A DNA stretch of 64,000 nucleotides from assembly GCA_002269645.1 (NCBI GenBank), contig NIVC01002412.1, positions 1 through 64,000 of the forward strand, given 5' to 3'. The notes beneath the pieces are model-generated. The model saw only the letters and a program-made list of their open reading frames with translations, did no database searches and was not told the origin of the DNA. Shown one piece after another: positions 59,033-64,000 of this stretch. A program made the position numbers and the translations under genes. This DNA is from Macrostomum lignano. Taxonomy: Eukaryota. The first letter of the stretch is position 1, and each line of letters begins with the position of its first letter.

Positions 59033-60679
59033 CAGGGACAACTAAAACTACCGGGACGCGAAACAAGCCAAATCATGGTGAAAAAAGTTGGGGGCTCGTT
59101 TGAAAGCAGTGTTCTATGGCAGTTCCAACTACTACTCTTCAGTCTAAAGGGGTGTGAGGGCAAATTAAAAGCCCTCAACTCTTGTGCGACTGTGAAAAAT
59201 GTCGAGAAAGTGCAGCGTCTTTAACTGCAGATCAAACTATAACTCAGAAGAAAGCCGAACAACGATATTAGCTCTTCCTTGAGATGCACGAGAACGGGAG
59301 CGTTGGAGACAAAGCCTACCAAATACTTTTGAGGTAAGAATTAGGTTGTTAATTCTAAGCGATCATACGCTGGTATGCGTGGATGAATTTATTACAAACT
59401 AATTGTTAAAAATAACCACTGCGATAAAATTTACCATTCTAGAAAGTGACTGAAAACATGGACATATGCCAAAAGCACTGGCCAAGTGACACCCCATGTT
59501 GAAGAATGGTCGCCATGAAAGACCGAAAGATCCGCCTTCTGTCTTCTCTGGCTTTCCCTCTTCGTGCTTGATACAGACGGACAGACAGACAGTTTTTATT
59601 GCCCCAAACTTCTCCGTTCGCGCATTCATTATGCATACGCCAGTTTTGATTCGAGACTTGCAACAATTGGCAAACTGAATCCAATGGAACCTTAACTATT
59701 CAACCGCCAGGTGCAGACAGTTATATCGGCTAAATGAATGGACGTGATCCGACTGTACAAATCAGAAGAATATCACGTTGTCAAACGAACGGAATTAACC
59801 CATGAAGCTTGCTATCCTTCAGTTCAAGCATACAGAAAAACGAAGGTAACACTCGCTCTCCAAGTCTTCAGTGAAAAGGTTGTTGCAGCACTGAAGTGCG
59901 ACGGCTCCATAGACACGGCAGTATAAGTCGTCGGCTTACGAATGTTTATTTTAAAGGCCTGGTAAAGCGCTCATCGAAGGGTTGCACCTGCGCCGACTCA
60001 TCGCACGACAGAAAGCTACGCAAACTGGGAGGCCAGTGAATTTGCGGTAAAGTTTTTTGTATTCTGTCTTTGGAGTTTCAAATTTTCCAATCCGAAATCT
60101 TTCATATCTAGCTGCTCCTCATCTGGGTTCCTCCTAAAATTCGTTCTGTTTAGTCCTGATTTTCTGTGTTCTATTCTACTAGTACGAGTTGCCTTGTACT
60201 TTTGTACACACACCATTTCATGCTTTTAAACTTTTTTCTCTTGTGCTTATCTCACATGCTTAAATATATGTAATTTTCGCTTATTACCCCAGTTTTTCCT
60301 ATACATTATACAGGTCCCCGTGTAAGTTCCTCCTCAAATAAGTTATGTTCAGTTCCGTTCCACGATATATACACTATGCTATGTTTAAAACTTTTCTTCG
60401 TGAATATCTCGCGTGTCTAGTTGTATGTCATTGTGCTCTGTACGGACGTTTTTTAGTACTCAAAAAAACAAATAACATCTTTAAAACTAAATAAAAAACC
60501 TTTTAGACAACTTACTGAACCTTTTAAAAGCAAAAATAATACTGTGGCCTTAGTCTTTTCAGCAGCTAAGCTAAGCATTTAATGCATGAAAAATCGAGCG
60601 CCCATAGACTAAAACGAGCCCCCAACTTTTTTCGCCATGATTTGGCTTGTTTCGCGTCCCGGTAGTTTAGGTTTCCCTG
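59033..60679 (+). mobile_element. Internally deleted P-element-like (THAP9-type) transposon in intron 1 of the methyltransferase pseudogene
   Basis: ~65 bp TIRs starting CAGGG; flanks ATACGTCC/ATAATTCC match 6/8. THAP-like MSRKCSVFNCRSNY...P*DARERERW at 59199 and P-transposase GTP-domain-like LALQVFSEKVVAAL at ~59850. Confidence 0.85.
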
Positions 60680-61010
60680 ATAATTCCATTTGTTATATCA
60701 TATGGGTCCGATCCTCCGTGTGCACGGCCACATAACTTCTATTTTCATGCGCAAAAATTTGTCTGAGGCTTGTGCGATTTCCGTCCCCTAGTGCCAAATC
60801 CTCTAGGCACAGACTCAGTGTCTAGCACTTTCCGATTATGATGATGACGTGGCATGCTTACCCCCGCTACCCGTGTACATAGTCAAAAAAAAATAGGGCA
60901 CGACTGCAATTGCTTCCTCGTAATCGCCGCGGGTCGACGAGGCCTTGATTTGCGACATCAACTATAAGTGTCGCCATTTGCACTTAAATCACGCTCGTAC
61001 CAAAGATCCT

Positions 61011-62823
61011 CCCGGCGGTAAAAATCACGTCGAAATGACGTCGAAAAGCGACGTCGAAATTTCATGTCGATTTGAACCACGATTTCGACGTCGAAATTTT
61101 CGCCATCAGATGTAGAGTGTGCGACGTCGCGTTTTCCACTATTGATGGCGAAAAGTCGACGTCGTTCATATTCATGATGACCGCAAGTAGATGGCGATTT
61201 TCGACAAATTGACGATTTTTATCTACATATACTAATTAATATTAATAATATACTGTAGTGCATTAGTTTCATAGTTATAAAAAGTTATTTTTTTCAATAG
61301 TTATAAACTGACGAACTACATGTACGATCTACAAACGAACTAAGCTGACGAAACATAAATGTTAATCCATACACTAAAGTCACTAATCTACCTAAATAGG
61401 AAAGAAATATTTAAGCATAAAATGCCAAGCAAGGCTGCATGACGTTTCATTTGCTATCCAAACCAGATCCTATTATCCTGCAACCATGAAAAAGTATACA
61501 GTGTATATTCAATTCACCAGCAATTGGAAACGATCATAGAAATAGCATCAAAGCTATCAAGAATAGAAAATAGACGATGGAAAAATGAGGAGCAACAATG
61601 TCAACAAATGCAACTACATTAATTCAACAAATTGTAATCGTGAAAGGGAAACACTGAAAATCAACGGCGTCTGCGCGGTTACTCCACACGGAAATTCAGC
61701 TTTTGCGTCTTGTGCGGTCACGTAGGACGTCCTCAGCCGCCGAGTTGACAGAGGGGCATTTGCTGGAATTTTTGGTAGAGTAAGCAGCGGCTTTACTAAA
61801 CAAGTTAAATGCTATACAATGTTCTATATATTCCTGGGCCATATAGAGCATTTATAAAAGTTTTTATAGCATAGTTACATAGTATATCCTGTTTTCATTA
61901 CATAGAAAAAATAGATAATTATAGTATGAGTAGTATTTCATGCTCTAGATGCTGGCGATAAGGTACTTAAATGCTATAGCTGTTCTAGCTATTTCATGAG
62001 CAGCTATGGGTTGGGCTATGCTTTTATTTAGAATGTAACAAACATATATTAGAATGAATAATTAAATAATTAATGTTTAAATGGGATAATTATATATACT
62101 ATTTAGGCTAAAATTATAATTACGTCTATGTCCTAAATGTCCTAAAAATTTTTTCATAACAAACATTCTTTTAGCTATAGAATTGTGCTTTTATTACATT
62201 TATAAAAGCTAATCTATTATTGTTTATTAAATATTACACTATTATTAATTTCCAATAAGCTGTACTAAAACGTAAAAAGTTGCTAATTTATGGCTACTTT
62301 ATTATTAATTCACTTATCCTGTATAAAAAGTTAAACCTATCCGTCCTATAAGCAACAGTATTATAAAACATCGAACTTTAAACGCATAAATTGTATATTA
62401 CATTAATTATCGAAAAAATAATGAAACGCAATGAAAGAATATGAATTGCCATGTTTGTTACAGAAAATTTACGTTAAAGATTTACGTATGAATCGCAGTA
62501 AAATAATTTGGAAGTCTGCAATTGACAAATAATAGATCGACATTCAGCATGGCGATATTTTTAAAAAGGTGTATCTCGCGATGCGTTGAAACAAAAAAAA
62601 CGTTGTGTCAGTTTTACTGAATTTATTGATCCTTTCAATACACTGAAAATCACGTTGAAAAAATATTTTTCAAATATCACTAATAATTATTTCTGCAAAA
62701 AAGAAGATAAAAATTTCATATCGAAATTTCGACGTCAAATGAAGGTTCAAACGACTACTCATTTGTCGCAAGTTTTTGAAAGGCGAATATCGACGTCATT
62801 TCGACGTGATTTTTACCGCCGGG
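61011..62823. mobile_element. CACTA/CMC-EnSpm-like non-autonomous element inserted in an exon
   Basis: Perfect 34-bp TIR CCCGGCGGTAAAAATCACGTCGAAATGACGTCGA. 2-bp TSD CT (61009-10, 62824-25), verified against the empty site ATCCTGGAG in copy 1. GACGTCGA subterminal repeats. Confidence 0.92.
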
Positions 62824-63834
62824 CTGGAGCTGGGCTCAGGCACTGGGGTGAACTTCAAATACCTGCCATCTGGCGCCAGGCTCACTGCGCTCGACCCGCT
62901 GTCGGAGGCGCGCGGCATTTTCACTCGAGCGGCTTCCAAAGAGGCCGGCGTCACCCTCGCCGTCTGTGTAACCGGCTTCGCCGAAGACCTGTCCTGCTTC
63001 CCAGACGAATACTTCGACGCCGTGTTCTGCACGCTGACCATGTGCACCGTGTGGGATCTGGACCGGATGCTCAAGGAGGTCAGACGGGTGCTCCGGCCTG
63101 GTGGACTGTTTCTGTTCATGGACCACACTCTGTCGGACCGGCCCCTGGTCCGAGCAGTGCAGTACGCTGTCACTCCGCTTTGGTACTTCGTGTATCAGGG
63201 CTGTCACTTCCGGCTGCCGCAGCGCTACGTAACGAGAGCTGGATTCTCCAAATGCGAGATTGACGAGCACGACGGTGGTCTCAATACGCCGATTATGCGT
63301 CGCATGGTGGACGGTTGTGCCATCAAGTGAAACCCAGCGAGCCCGACACCACAGCCGGTGCACAATGACCAAAATATTAGGAAATTTTTGCAAAATTCAA
63401 AGAATAAACTGCATGACAAACTGACCACGTGACGAGAGCCAGAATGTACGAGCTATCTAACATGAAATAGCTTTGCGCAAGACTGGGTATGGGAAATCAC
63501 TTATATCTACGTATTTTTGTCAACAATTTTTAAGCAATTTTGGTGCGGTTCTTATTTTAAAAGAAAAGCAATCCCTTGAACTAATACACAGTGAAATCTG
63601 TTGTTTACCAATTCAAACTTTTTTCCATTTACGCTCGTATATACAGCATTTCCCGGTCAATAGCGCGGTACACGTTTCTAGATTCCTACAATCTGGTTCA
63701 CGACTACCACTGCTGGCATGTTGTACTCAAAATAGGGTTGCATTCAATAGACTTAGCGCTTTCTGTGATCTATTTAACTCACATCTCAAAAGTCACTGCT
63801 GTGATTCAATTTGGCTGAGCAAGTCCGTAGAAAC

Positions 63835-64000
63835 CGAACGACAAATACTGATCGATCGGCAACGACTGGTTGATGCCTTTTGAAGCTGGCGACGACTGGA
63901 AGGCGCTGGCTAACGTCCTAAACATCAATAATTCCACTGCAAGATCGATCATCGCTACCTGGGTTCGAGAAGCTCGGACTGCCAAGCTGAGGTGTGTTGG
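63835..64000 (+). mobile_element. Tc1/IS630-like transposase N-terminal HTH fragment, frameshifted and cut by the window end
   Basis: IDRQRLVDAF / EAGDDWKALANVLNINNSTARSII, with a shift at the T-run ~63878-81. Confidence 0.55.

Larger units (their letters stand above)
58562..63330 (+). pseudogene. Second METTL7-like copy: exon 1 58562..58795 with TGA at 58610-12; exon 2 split into 61006..61010 and 62826..63330
   Basis: Exon 1 has the same 234-nt length as copy 1, and the paralog has CGA at the TGA position. Exon 2 is near-identical to copy 1 but interrupted 5 nt in by a TIR element. Confidence 0.9.

Overview
Eukaryotic (metazoan) genomic DNA, not prokaryotic. GC-rich exons with poly-Ala/Gln/Pro runs, AT-rich intergenic DNA and very high simple-repeat content suggest a flatworm such as Macrostomum (inference). 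Spliced genes reconstructed by hand from GT-AG sites and frame continuity: an SLC22-like MFS transporter (+), a complete 6-exon MYRF (-), COMMD5 (+), two tandem non-canonical Fic-domain genes (-), a NAXD/CARKD remnant (+), a complete 5-exon RMC1/C18orf8 (+), and a duplicated METTL7/TMT1-like methyltransferase (one intact copy, one disabled). The rest is about 13 satellite arrays plus many transposon superfamilies, several with readable TIRs and target-site duplications: three mariners, Tc1, hAT-like MITEs, Harbinger, Merlin, MULE/foldback, P/THAP, CACTA-like, a LINE fragment and a tRNA-SINE. Most long ORFs in the supplied track are satellite artefacts. There is no CRISPR array. The most unusual items are the Fic pair, the intron-by-intron satellites and the repeated single-lesion gene decay.
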